This document shows, piece after piece, positions 56,020-64,000 of a stretch of DNA of 64,000 nt; position 1 is the stretch's first letter, and each line of letters opens with the position of its first letter. The position numbers and the translations under genes were made by a program. The DNA lies in assembly GCA_035352955.1 (NCBI GenBank), contig DAOPYQ010000001.1, forward strand, positions 229,536 through 293,535, written 5' to 3'. The notes beneath the pieces were generated by a model. It saw nothing but the letters and a program-made list of their open reading frames with translations, was not told where the DNA came from and searched no databases. Source of the DNA: Candidatus Omnitrophota bacterium (lineage in GTDB: Bacteria > Omnitrophota > Omnitrophia > Omnitrophales > Aquincolibacteriaceae).

Positions 56020-56808
56020 ATGCGTGGAAAAGGGAAAAACAACGTGGCGGACAATAAAAAACTTCTCATTGTGGATGACGATCCGGACCTTGCCAAGGTC
56101 CTGGACCAACGGTTGACGGCTCTCGGGTACGAGGTCGTCACGGCCGGGGACGGCGTCGCGGCATTCGAAAAGCTTAATACGTTTGATCCCGCCCTGATCA
56201 TTCTCGATGTTCTTATGCCCAAGATCAGCGGTTATGAGGTCATGCGCAGGATCCGTGAGGAGAAAAAAACCCGTGATATTCCGGTGATTATCATTTCGGG
56301 CAAGGGAAGCATGAAAGAATTCTTTTCCGGATTTCCCGCGGTTGATTTTATCCAGAAACCGTTTGATTCCCAGGTCCTTCATGCCAAGATCGAGACCTTT
56401 CTCGGAGCGATCGGCAAGGGGCTCGGGGCGGCTTCCCGGCGTGCCGTGATCGTCGGCAACGACGATGCTATTCTGGAAAAGATTCGAACGTTTCTGGCCT
56501 CGCTCGGTTTTCAAGTGTGTACCGGCCTTCATGAGGAGGATGCGTTCAATCTCGCGAAGAATCTTCGGCCGGAGTTCATCCTCTGCCAGTTTTGGGAGGA
56601 CGAGAATATTTTTGATGCCCGGAAGCTTGCCAAACAGGTCAGTCAGCATCACGCTATCGGGGAAACGCCCTTTTACGTTTTTTGCAAGGAAGGCCTTTCG
56701 CTGGATGCCATGAAGACTTTCAAAGATCCCTTTCTGATCACCTACAGAGAAAGTAAGGACATCCTGCTCAAACTTGGGAACCTTATCAAGGCGTCCAAGC
56801 CTGCTTGA
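56020..56808 (+). CDS. REC + pseudo-receiver two-domain protein (orphan response-regulator-like), paralog 1
   Basis: N-terminal canonical receiver (LLIVDDDPD, ILDVLMPKISG, QKPFD). The C-terminal half looks like a receiver but has no acidic pocket (VIVGNDD, FILCQFWEDE). Confidence 0.7.
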   Translation: MRGKGKNNVADNKKLLIVDDDPDLAKVLDQRLTALGYEVVTAGDGVAAFEKLNTFDPALIILDVLMPKISGYEVMRRIREEKKTRDIPVIIISGKGSMKEFFSGFPAVDFIQKPFDSQVLHAKIETFLGAIGKGLGAASRRAVIVGNDDAILEKIRTFLASLGFQVCTGLHEEDAFNLAKNLRPEFILCQFWEDENIFDARKLAKQVSQHHAIGETPFYVFCKEGLSLDAMKTFKDPFLITYRESKDILLKLGNLIKASKPA

Positions 56809-56862
56809 ACCCATTCCGGATGATCGGACCGGCCGGAAGACGCAGGAATCAAACAAGACATT

Positions 56863-57621
56863 ATGCCCGCAAAAAAGATCCTCATTGTTGATGATGAGCC
56901 TGATATTCTCGAGATGCTGAGACAGCGTCTTAAAGCCGCCGGTTATGAAGTCTGCTCGGCGGTGGACGGTGAAGAGGCCGTTCTGAAGGCCAGGAACGAA
57001 AGACCGAACCTTATCATTATGGACGTCCTGATGCCGAAACTAACCGGTTACGAGGCCCTGCGCCGGATCCGGGACGACAACGAACTCCGCAGGATCCCGG
57101 CGATCATTATTTCCGCGAAAGGCAGCATGAGGGATTTTTTCGCGGATCTTCCGGTCGAGTTCATTTCAAAGCCGTATGACCCCAAACTTCTGCTTTCGAA
57201 GATCGAAGAGCTGACCGGAGGCTCGGTCGCCCGGCGTTCCGCCGGTCCTAGGCGGGCGGTCCTTCTCGGCAACGAGGATTTCCTGATCAAGAAAATGCAA
57301 CAGGAGCTGGAATCTTCGGGTTTCCACGTTTCGGTGGCTCTCAATGAAGAAGACGCCTACAAAATCGCCAAAAGCTTTCATTGCGATCTTATCCTTTGTC
57401 AGCTTTGGGAGGATGAAAAGGTCCTTGACCCGAGAAAGCTTTATGCGAAGGTGGCGGGCGATGTCACTTTAGCACAGGTAGCGTTCTGCGTTTTTTGTAA
57501 AGAAGGGCTTTCGCTAGACGCCATGAAGTCGTTTCAGGGGAAACAGTTGCTGACTTATGCGGAAAGCGGCGATCTTGTTAAAAAACTGAACGCGCTTGTG
57601 AACGAAGTTTTTCCTTCCTAG
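56863..57621 (+). CDS. REC + pseudo-receiver two-domain protein, paralog 2
   Basis: Same architecture as the upstream gene (ILIVDDEPD, IIMDVLMPKLTG, SKPYD, then VLLGNED, LILCQLWEDE). About 45% identical to paralog 1 by eye. Confidence 0.7.
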   Translation: MPAKKILIVDDEPDILEMLRQRLKAAGYEVCSAVDGEEAVLKARNERPNLIIMDVLMPKLTGYEALRRIRDDNELRRIPAIIISAKGSMRDFFADLPVEFISKPYDPKLLLSKIEELTGGSVARRSAGPRRAVLLGNEDFLIKKMQQELESSGFHVSVALNEEDAYKIAKSFHCDLILCQLWEDEKVLDPRKLYAKVAGDVTLAQVAFCVFCKEGLSLDAMKSFQGKQLLTYAESGDLVKKLNALVNEVFPS

Positions 57622-59564
57622 ACCCGCAGCTGTTTTTCCGCGTCCACGACATCCCGGTCGATAAGTTCCCGCGCTTTTCTCGCCTTGGTTTTGAAACTTT
57701 CCGAGGCATGGGGGGCGTGTGCGAGTTCTCGCAGAAGCTGGATCACCATCCGGAGGTACCGCACCAGGCTTCCTTCGTCTTCTGAAATCAGCTGGCGGAC
57801 CTTGTCAAAGGGTTGGCCGCGCGTCCAAGCATCGACGGCCTTGGCGAGATGGAAATGCGGCGGTTTGGTGTACGGCCGCACGCGAAAATTTGATTCCCAT
57901 TTATGGATCATGCGGTGGTAGTGTTGCGTCGTTTTGAGAAGGTCTTCGTGATGTTTCGCGAGGCGAGGGGGTTCGTCGCCTTTCCGCGGTTCAAAAATAA
58001 GGCCTGCGAGAAAAACGTTCAGCTGTGATTCGTCCAGTTTTTCCAGCGTTCCGTCTGTGTACATTTCGCTGAGGAGCAGTTCGTACCCGAAAACGGACGC
58101 CGCAAATTCCCCTTTGGCGGATAATTTCCCGTCAGAAACGTAGCCCATTTCTTTGAGGAGCGAGAGTTTACCCCGGATGAGATCGAATCCTTCGTCGCGC
58201 CCGCGGGCGGAGGATTGGAAATAATGGAAGGACCGGGGATAAATATCCAGGAGGCCTTCGCCGAGGTCGCGGTAAAGATTGAGGAGCGTCGCGTAGGCCG
58301 CGTTGAACTGGCTGCGGACTGGTTCCGGGGTTCCGTAAAGGACCCGCTGGACTTCGGGGAACGGGATGTCGTTGGGGTGGACGCGGCAGTAGACAAAACC
58401 TTCGGTGTCGATCCCGCGGCGCCCTGCGCGCCCGGCCATCTGGTAGAAATCGCGCGTCGTGAGCGCCTTAAAACCCGTGCCGTAAAATTTTTCAAGTTCG
58501 TCAAAGACGACCGTGCGCGCCGGCATGTTGATCCCGAGTGCGAAGGTCTCGGTCGTGAAGATGAGTTTGATGAGCTTGCTTGTGAAGAGCCGTTCGATGA
58601 TTTCCTTGAGCGTCGGCAGCATGCCGGCGTGATGGAATGCGATCCCTTGCTCGATTAGCGGGCGCATTTCTTCCGCGGAGCGTTCGCCGACCATGTCGTA
58701 GCGCTGGAGCAATTCCTCGTAGAGAACTTGGACCTGCTCGCGTTCTTTCGGTCGGAGCAGATCGTAATGTGCGATCTCCCAGGCGAGGGCGGCGGTGCGT
58801 TTTCGGCTGAACGCGAAATAAAGCGCCGGTAGCTGGTCTTCGCGGATCAGATGGTCGAGTAAATTGAAAAGCCGGTTGGGTCTTGCACGGGGCGCCTGGA
58901 ACCCGCGGCGTTTTTCCCGCTGTGAGAGCTGCCAGTTGTCCCGCTGAAGGTAACCTTCTTTGCGGAGCGATTTTGTGTTGGTGAAGAACTGGCCCTGGCA
59001 TTGGAAGAGAAAATGCAGCGGAACGGGCCGGTGCGATTCCTCGATCACCTGGATCGGCCGCTGGTGGATCTGCTGGATCCATTGGGCGAGTTCGCGCACG
59101 TTCGGGATGGTGGCGCTCAGCGCGAGGAGCCGGATCTCCGGCGGTGTGAAAAGAAGCGCCTCTTCCCATACGGTGCCGCGTTCGGGATCGTCCATATAAT
59201 GGACCTCATCGAAAATGACCCATCCGACGCGGCGGATCCGGCCGGTATTCTCAAAAAGAGAGTTCCGGTAGATCTCGGTCGTCATGATGACGATGGGCGC
59301 CGCGGAATTGATCGAGACGTCTCCGGTGAGGATACCGACTTTTTCGGGTCCAAAACGCGTCTGAAAATCCCGGAATTTTTGGTTGCTCAAAGCCTTGATC
59401 GGGGCGGTGTAGATGACCTCTTCACCGCGCGCCAGGGCCTTTTCGACAGCCGCTTCGGCGATCAGCGTTTTGCCGGATCCCGTGGGTGCGGAGATGAGGA
59501 GGGAGGTTTCCTTTTCGATCCACGCGATCGCTTCCTGCTGGAAAGGGTCTAATTGAAATGTCAT
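57618..59564 (-). CDS. Ski2/HelY-like DEAD/DEAH-box SF2 helicase
   Basis: Motif I APTGSGKT, motif II FDEVH (DEVH), ALSATIPN and QMAGRAGRRG. 648 aa. It is convergent with the REC genes and overlaps the paralog-2 stop by 4 nt. Confidence 0.8.
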   Translation of the reverse strand: MTFQLDPFQQEAIAWIEKETSLLISAPTGSGKTLIAEAAVEKALARGEEVIYTAPIKALSNQKFRDFQTRFGPEKVGILTGDVSINSAAPIVIMTTEIYRNSLFENTGRIRRVGWVIFDEVHYMDDPERGTVWEEALLFTPPEIRLLALSATIPNVRELAQWIQQIHQRPIQVIEESHRPVPLHFLFQCQGQFFTNTKSLRKEGYLQRDNWQLSQREKRRGFQAPRARPNRLFNLLDHLIREDQLPALYFAFSRKRTAALAWEIAHYDLLRPKEREQVQVLYEELLQRYDMVGERSAEEMRPLIEQGIAFHHAGMLPTLKEIIERLFTSKLIKLIFTTETFALGINMPARTVVFDELEKFYGTGFKALTTRDFYQMAGRAGRRGIDTEGFVYCRVHPNDIPFPEVQRVLYGTPEPVRSQFNAAYATLLNLYRDLGEGLLDIYPRSFHYFQSSARGRDEGFDLIRGKLSLLKEMGYVSDGKLSAKGEFAASVFGYELLLSEMYTDGTLEKLDESQLNVFLAGLIFEPRKGDEPPRLAKHHEDLLKTTQHYHRMIHKWESNFRVRPYTKPPHFHLAKAVDAWTRGQPFDKVRQLISEDEGSLVRYLRMVIQLLRELAHAPHASESFKTKARKARELIDRDVVDAEKQLRV

Positions 59565-59802
59565 GTCCCGGCCCCCGATTTTTTTGACCGAAGATTGTCA
59601 GGGTTGATCCTATGAACTTTTGAATTTTCCGATAGAAAAACGGACATGAAAACAGTATAGCGGAATTGATGCGTGAAGGAAGGTGTTATTTGGAAAGTAG
59701 TTTGATTTTCCTTTGGGGCGAGGGTAGACTACGAAAAGTCAGCGCGCTGTTTTTCCATACCGGTTTAAAACGTCTACCACGGAACAACTGGAAAAGGAAA
59801 CG

Positions 59803-61245
59803 ATGAAGTCTCCATGCCGTTTGAGGTTTTTCCGGAAATCCTCCGTTTTTATTGCCGCCGTTTTCCTTTTAAGCGCACTGAATGTCCCCGCATTTGCGGA
59901 AGATCTTACCCGCGAGACCGAGAACGTCGGGATGCAAACCCGCGCTACCAAACAAATTTCGCGCGTGGCCGCGAAGTCTGAGGCCAAGGAACAGACCGAC
60001 AAATACAAGACGGGCGTGACCTACGAGGATATTCTCAAGGACCCGGACAATATCGAACTCAACTACCGGTACGCGCAGGACCAGATCGCGCGGGGCGAGC
60101 TCCTGAGCGCCGCGGCAACCCTCGAGCGCATCCTTCTCGTCAACCCGAACCTTTCGGACGTCCGGCTTCTTTATACGGTCGTGCTTTTTCGTCTCGATAA
60201 TTTGACCGAGGCCAAAAAAGAGCTGAATATCCTCCAGACCGTAAAACTGCCGCCCAAGATCAAGCGTCAAGTCGATGATTTCGAGAAGCGGATCAAGGCG
60301 AAACAACGGCGGACGCACATCGGGGTGAGGGAGACGCTTGGTTGGGGCTACGACACGAACCGGAACGCTTCGCCGTCCTCGAAACAGCAATTGGTGAGCA
60401 ATGTGATCCAGGATGTGACGGGGTCCAATACGCAAAAACGTGACACGAATTTTCTCAATGTCTCGAGCCTGGATATCACGCATGAGCTCGGTTACCAGGC
60501 CGGGCATACCGTTTTCGCGAACTTTACGTATTTTCTTCAGAATCAGACTACGGTGAATTCTCTGGATCTTGGTTCCTATCAGTATGAAGTCGGCGGGACC
60601 TACAAAAACAAATACGTTAACTTCACGCCGTCTTTTTATTCCAGCTACATGTATCTTTCGAGCGAAAGTTTTCTCAGGACCCAGGGCGGAAGTTTTGCCT
60701 TCGACCACGACTTCACTAAAAAACTCAACGCCTTCTATACTTTCCGGGTCGAGCGCCAGGATTATATGAACATCAGCGAAAGTCCGAATTCTCAGGATCG
60801 TAAAGGCCCTCAGTTCGATAATTTCTGGGGCGCGAACTATATGATTACCCCGACGATGCGGTGGTCGAGCAACGTCGGATTCTCAGAGAAACTGGCGAAG
60901 CAGGACTTCGATGCCTATTCCCGCGTTAGCCTTAACAACACGCATACCTGGGTCTGGCCCAAAGGCCAGTTTGTGATCAACGCGTTCAATGTGCTTTTCG
61001 ACAATTATCAGGCGCCGGACTTTACTGTGGCAAACAAGATCCGCCACGACCGGATCTTCCGGTATCGCACGACCTACGGCGTGCCGCTTGAGACGATCCT
61101 GATCGGAAAGGTCCTGCCCAAGCCGTTCAAGGATATCGTGTTCACGTTCTCGTATGAATTCTATCGGGCGCTTTCGAGCGTTACGAATTACACGTATACC
61201 GACAATAAGATCCAGACCCTCTTCACGAAAAGAATGGAGTTCTAG
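59803..61245 (+). CDS. outer-membrane protein: signal peptide + TPR-like periplasmic segment + C-terminal beta-barrel (Slam/DUF560-like architecture)
   Basis: Signal peptide ending AFA-EDL. A TPR-like helical segment from about residue 90 to 160. A C-terminal region of alternating amphipathic beta-strands ending ...FTKRMEF, with an aromatic terminus typical of beta-barrel outer-membrane proteins. Confidence 0.55.
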   Translation: MKSPCRLRFFRKSSVFIAAVFLLSALNVPAFAEDLTRETENVGMQTRATKQISRVAAKSEAKEQTDKYKTGVTYEDILKDPDNIELNYRYAQDQIARGELLSAAATLERILLVNPNLSDVRLLYTVVLFRLDNLTEAKKELNILQTVKLPPKIKRQVDDFEKRIKAKQRRTHIGVRETLGWGYDTNRNASPSSKQQLVSNVIQDVTGSNTQKRDTNFLNVSSLDITHELGYQAGHTVFANFTYFLQNQTTVNSLDLGSYQYEVGGTYKNKYVNFTPSFYSSYMYLSSESFLRTQGGSFAFDHDFTKKLNAFYTFRVERQDYMNISESPNSQDRKGPQFDNFWGANYMITPTMRWSSNVGFSEKLAKQDFDAYSRVSLNNTHTWVWPKGQFVINAFNVLFDNYQAPDFTVANKIRHDRIFRYRTTYGVPLETILIGKVLPKPFKDIVFTFSYEFYRALSSVTNYTYTDNKIQTLFTKRMEF

Positions 61246-61247
61246 CC

Positions 61248-62609
61248 ATGAAAAAGATCCTTTTTCTCGCGCTGGTTCTTTTTTTTCTGGCCGCCTCTTC
61301 CGGGGTTTTTGCGCAGATGTCTGTGCCGATGGCGGGTTCCGTGATGGCTCCTGCCGGTCTTGAAAAGATCGGCGTGGTCGCCGCCGCGAAAGGGAAAGTC
61401 GAGCTCAAAACGCCCGGGCAGATCGGACGCGTGGTGCAGAGCGGGCAGTCTATTTATCTTGGCGATGAGATCCGGACCGATGCCGAGGGGCACCTCCAGA
61501 TCCTTTTACTCGATGAAACCGTTTTTACGATCGGCCCGAACAGCGCGATCGTAATCGACGAATTTGTTTATGATCCGAAGACGCAGGAGGGAAAGATCAA
61601 GGCCAATGTTACCGAGGGGTTTTTCCGGTACGTTTCCGGGAAGATCGCGGCGAAGAGGCCGTCGAGCGTGACGATGAAACTTCCGAGCGCAACGATCGGG
61701 TTCCGCGGGACGATCGTGCTTGGCCAGACCGGCCAGACCGGCTCGCTTGTGATGCTTGGTGGTCCGGGAGGCAACAACAACGCGGGAGAGAATCCCGGCA
61801 GTTTCACGCTGACGGGGGAGGGCTCTAATTCGGGAGAAAGTCGCGAAGTGACGGGAGCGGGATTCGGCGTCCAGGTTGACGGGAGCGGTGGCCTTTCCGG
61901 GGTGTTTCAGGTCCCTGGCGATCAGGTGAATCAGTTGACCGGAAATCTGGACGGTTCCGGAGGGACTCAGGGAGGCGGTTCGGGTGGTAGCGGTGGTTCC
62001 GGAGGCGGTGATAGCGGGCTCACGGGTGGCGGTTCGGCTTCAGATCTTTCCGGAGAGAGTCTTGCGTTGACCGGGGATGCCGCATCTTTGACCGCGGGCC
62101 TTGATGGGTTGATGAATCAGAACGATAATTTCCTGGCCGAGACATCCCAGGACATGACGAGCCAATCAGGAAGCTCGGGCGTTCAGGACGGGACGACGAC
62201 GGTTGCGGAGCTGGCGACCATTCCCGGAAGTTATCATTATTCTGTTAGCGGATCTCTCTACAACAGCTACGGCTCAGCCTTCGGCTCATTTTCGGCGAAT
62301 TGGGATCTTGATGTCCAAACGGGTAAGATCCTCATGGGAAGTACGGGTTCCTATGTTGAGGTGACGATTGGTTCCGTTACGGAAAGCGCCACGATCAATG
62401 CGCAGAATCTTATCGGCGAAACCAATGCGGTCATGAGCGAGACGTACGCCACCGGAAATATCAAAAGCGTGGACATCACGTTGGAGAATCTTAACGGGGT
62501 CGTTGCGCAAACGGGAAATGCCACTGTCCATTATGACAATGGCAGTGTCGATGTCGGTTCGGGGACTGGTTCCGGGGAGCGGTCTCCCGGTCCGTTGTCC
62601 CCCGCGTAG
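61248..62609 (+). CDS. secreted FecR-domain protein with long Gly/Ser/Thr-rich region, paralog 1
   Basis: Signal peptide MKKILFLALVLFFLAASSGVFAQ. FecR-like domain (GDEIRTDAEGHLQILLLDETVFTIGPNSAIVI ... ATIGFRGTIV). Then about 150 aa of low-complexity G/S/T sequence. Confidence 0.6.
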   Translation: MKKILFLALVLFFLAASSGVFAQMSVPMAGSVMAPAGLEKIGVVAAAKGKVELKTPGQIGRVVQSGQSIYLGDEIRTDAEGHLQILLLDETVFTIGPNSAIVIDEFVYDPKTQEGKIKANVTEGFFRYVSGKIAAKRPSSVTMKLPSATIGFRGTIVLGQTGQTGSLVMLGGPGGNNNAGENPGSFTLTGEGSNSGESREVTGAGFGVQVDGSGGLSGVFQVPGDQVNQLTGNLDGSGGTQGGGSGGSGGSGGGDSGLTGGGSASDLSGESLALTGDAASLTAGLDGLMNQNDNFLAETSQDMTSQSGSSGVQDGTTTVAELATIPGSYHYSVSGSLYNSYGSAFGSFSANWDLDVQTGKILMGSTGSYVEVTIGSVTESATINAQNLIGETNAVMSETYATGNIKSVDITLENLNGVVAQTGNATVHYDNGSVDVGSGTGSGERSPGPLSPA

Positions 62610-62646
62610 CATTGAAAGTTTCAGGACGGCAAAGGAAGGTGACGTT

Positions 62647-63540
62647 ATGAAAAAATATCTATTTTGGATTTTGGTTGTGGGGATGGCGGTTTCGGTCGGG
62701 ACGCTGGGAGCGCTTTATGCCGAGACGGCGGGGCCGATCCAGGCCGGTGTGGCCGCGGCAGTTAAAGGGGAAGTGAAAAGTATCGCCCCGGGAACGCCCG
62801 CGAAACCGCTCAAAAGCGGTGACAAGATTTTCATGGGTGACAAGATCGAAACCGGCGCGGACGGACAGCTTCAGGTTCTTTTGCTGGACCAGACGATCTT
62901 TACGCTCGGGCCCCTTAGCGCTGTGGTTGTTGATGAGTTTATTTACAATCCCAAGAATGACGACGGCAAGGTGAAGGCGAGTATGGTGAAGGGGGTTTTC
63001 CGTGTCGTGTCGGGAAAGGTCGCCCATAAGAAGCCGGAGAACATGAATGTGGATCTTCCGGCGGGGACGATCGGGTTCCGCGGGACGAATGTGGCGGGAA
63101 TCATCGACGGAGCCAAGACGACCGTGGTGCTTCTCGGGCCGGTCGGAGTGGGACGTATTTATGTGAGCAATGTCGTGAACGGGGAAGTGGTCGGAGTTGA
63201 CATTGACGAGGCGGGGAACGCCACGATCATCGATGGTCCGAATTCAGTACCGGCCAAGGTTTTCCAGGTCTCGGAAGCGGACCTCCAGAAGATCGCGGGA
63301 GCCTTGGGGCAGGGAATGACGGGAGCCTCCGAGGAAACGGCCGGAGATCCCGGTCACTCGACTGAGGCGGGTTCGGCGTCGTCCGCGAGGGGCGTTGAGA
63401 CACAGGATCTTTTGAACCTTCTCAATACCGTAGATAAGATGAATTGGCAGACTCAGGAAGCGGCGCAGGACGCGGCGGATTCTTCGGCGTCCCGTCCTGA
63501 AGAGCACCAGGAACAAAATAAATCGTCTTATCCTTCCTGA
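62647..63540 (+). CDS. secreted FecR-domain protein, paralog 2
   Basis: Signal peptide, then the same core (GDKIETGADGQLQVLLLDQTIFTLGPLSAVVV ... GTIGFRGTNV). The likely start is ATG 62647. The track ORF from 62503 overlaps paralog 1. Confidence 0.6.
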   Translation: MKKYLFWILVVGMAVSVGTLGALYAETAGPIQAGVAAAVKGEVKSIAPGTPAKPLKSGDKIFMGDKIETGADGQLQVLLLDQTIFTLGPLSAVVVDEFIYNPKNDDGKVKASMVKGVFRVVSGKVAHKKPENMNVDLPAGTIGFRGTNVAGIIDGAKTTVVLLGPVGVGRIYVSNVVNGEVVGVDIDEAGNATIIDGPNSVPAKVFQVSEADLQKIAGALGQGMTGASEETAGDPGHSTEAGSASSARGVETQDLLNLLNTVDKMNWQTQEAAQDAADSSASRPEEHQEQNKSSYPS

Positions 63541-63548
63541 TTTTTGTA

Positions 63549-63600
63549 AAAAAAAAGGGCAGGCTGCTTTATCCCAAAGTAGCCTGCCCTTTTTTATTTT
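63549..63600. terminator. bidirectional rho-independent terminator
   Basis: An A8 run, then gggcaggct, a 15-nt loop, agcctgccc, then a T-rich run. It lies between convergent genes and overlaps the stop of the minus-strand cyclase gene. Confidence 0.7.
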
Positions 63601-64000
63601 GCAGAGGCCGTTGCGGCGCCGTCCCAATCTTGGCCCGGCGGATTGATCCGGGAGGCCTGGATGCGTGAAGCGTAGAGATCGCAGAGAGCTGTAAGATCAA
63701 TGCCCCTGACGGGAATCTTCCGGCAAGGGTCAAGAAATCCGCGGGCTTCCTCCCACCGTTGACCGCGGTACGAGGCGAGCATCTTCCCGTGCTCGACGGC
63801 AAGTTTTGCGAAGTCCGGTGTTTGAGCGAGTGCCGTATCGCCAAGAAGCGCGAAGATCTGCGTCGGATGGGTTTTCCCTTTGACGCGGATCAGATCCAAC
63901 TCGAGAGTTGCGAACCCGCCGGCGTTGGCCACGGTGTTTTGTCCGAGGACCGTCGTGACGCCGTAATTTTTCGAAAGGCTTTCCAAGCGCGACGCAAGGT
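63594..64000 (-). CDS. class III adenylate/guanylate cyclase, C-terminal part (N-terminus outside window)
   Basis: The C-terminal signature ...TVANAGGFATLELDLIRVKGKTHPTQIFALLG is typical of CYCc domains. The frame is open to the window edge. Confidence 0.55.
   Translation of the reverse strand, partial: LASRLESLSKNYGVTTVLGQNTVANAGGFATLELDLIRVKGKTHPTQIFALLGDTALAQTPDFAKLAVEHGKMLASYRGQRWEEARGFLDPCRKIPVRGIDLTALCDLYASRIQASRINPPGQDWDGAATASAK

Noticed and set aside
54712-56856. 714-aa minus-strand ORF
   Set aside because: Antisense to the AddB-like gene and REC paralog 1. Low complexity.
1-64000. CRISPR arrays, rRNA, tRNA and IS/transposase genes
   Set aside because: I found no regularly spaced direct repeats with unique spacers. 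The repeats present are palindromic REP-like elements or protein-coding tandem repeats. No stretch has the composition or structure of rRNA or tRNA. No transposase or integrase motifs appear in any frame I examined.

Overview
This 64 kb window is gene-dense and about 57-60% GC. It looks like an uncultivated, probably anaerobic, diderm bacterium; I cannot place the lineage from sequence alone. (1) Positions 1-10.4 kb on the minus strand carry an 11-gene complex I operon in the order nuoA-B-C-D-I-H-J-K-L-M-N. It has no nuoE, nuoF or nuoG, and nuoI sits before nuoH. nuoN runs off the window edge and is missing from the ORF track. (2) A divergent block at 10.5-17 kb encodes a GT-C-like membrane protein, a NUDIX hydrolase, a PAS/HAMP sensor histidine kinase with a single-domain response regulator, and an archaeal-type archease/RtcB RNA-ligase pair. 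(3) A 2,793-aa gene at 17.1-25.5 kb sits behind a 200-bp AT-rich island. It encodes a two-partner-secretion (TPS) N-domain, then GLUG repeats, then autotransporter-associated beta-strand repeats, then C-terminal MBG repeats. No TpsB-like transporter is in the window. (4) 25.8-34.7 kb holds anabolic genes: a fused AhbA/AhbB-like siroheme decarboxylase, thiC with no recognisable TPP riboswitch, ispG, a futalosine-pathway radical-SAM enzyme (MqnC/MqnE family), greA, an EamA transporter, an MDR dehydrogenase and nth. (5) 34.7-47.7 kb holds signalling and housekeeping genes: CHASE2-GGDEF, a CheY-like regulator, trxA, an aldo/keto reductase, era, a phosphofructokinase, an orphan NqrB/RnfD-like membrane protein with a small secreted partner, an enolase-superfamily enzyme, DUF819, a HAD hydrolase and htpX. 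(6) 47.7-52.8 kb holds two tandem prepilin genes with near-identical 5' ends, a 7Fe ferredoxin, a fusion of a P-loop kinase domain to a dCMP-deaminase-like domain (the architecture of anti-phage dCTP deaminases), ispH and queD. (7) 52.8-59.6 kb holds an AddB-like helicase-nuclease with no AddA partner, followed by two paralogous REC-pseudoREC proteins and a convergent Ski2/HelY-like SF2 helicase. (8) 59.8-63.5 kb holds a signal-peptide protein with a TPR segment and a beta-barrel, followed by two paralogous secreted FecR-domain proteins with Gly/Ser-rich tails. A bidirectional terminator follows, then the 3' end of a class-III nucleotidyl cyclase gene. Two families of short palindromic intergenic repeats recur across the window: a CGCAACG/CTCAACG family and a GGATG-rich family. 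I found no rRNA, tRNA, CRISPR array or obvious transposase. Many long ORFs in the track are antisense to real genes and are GC-driven artefacts.
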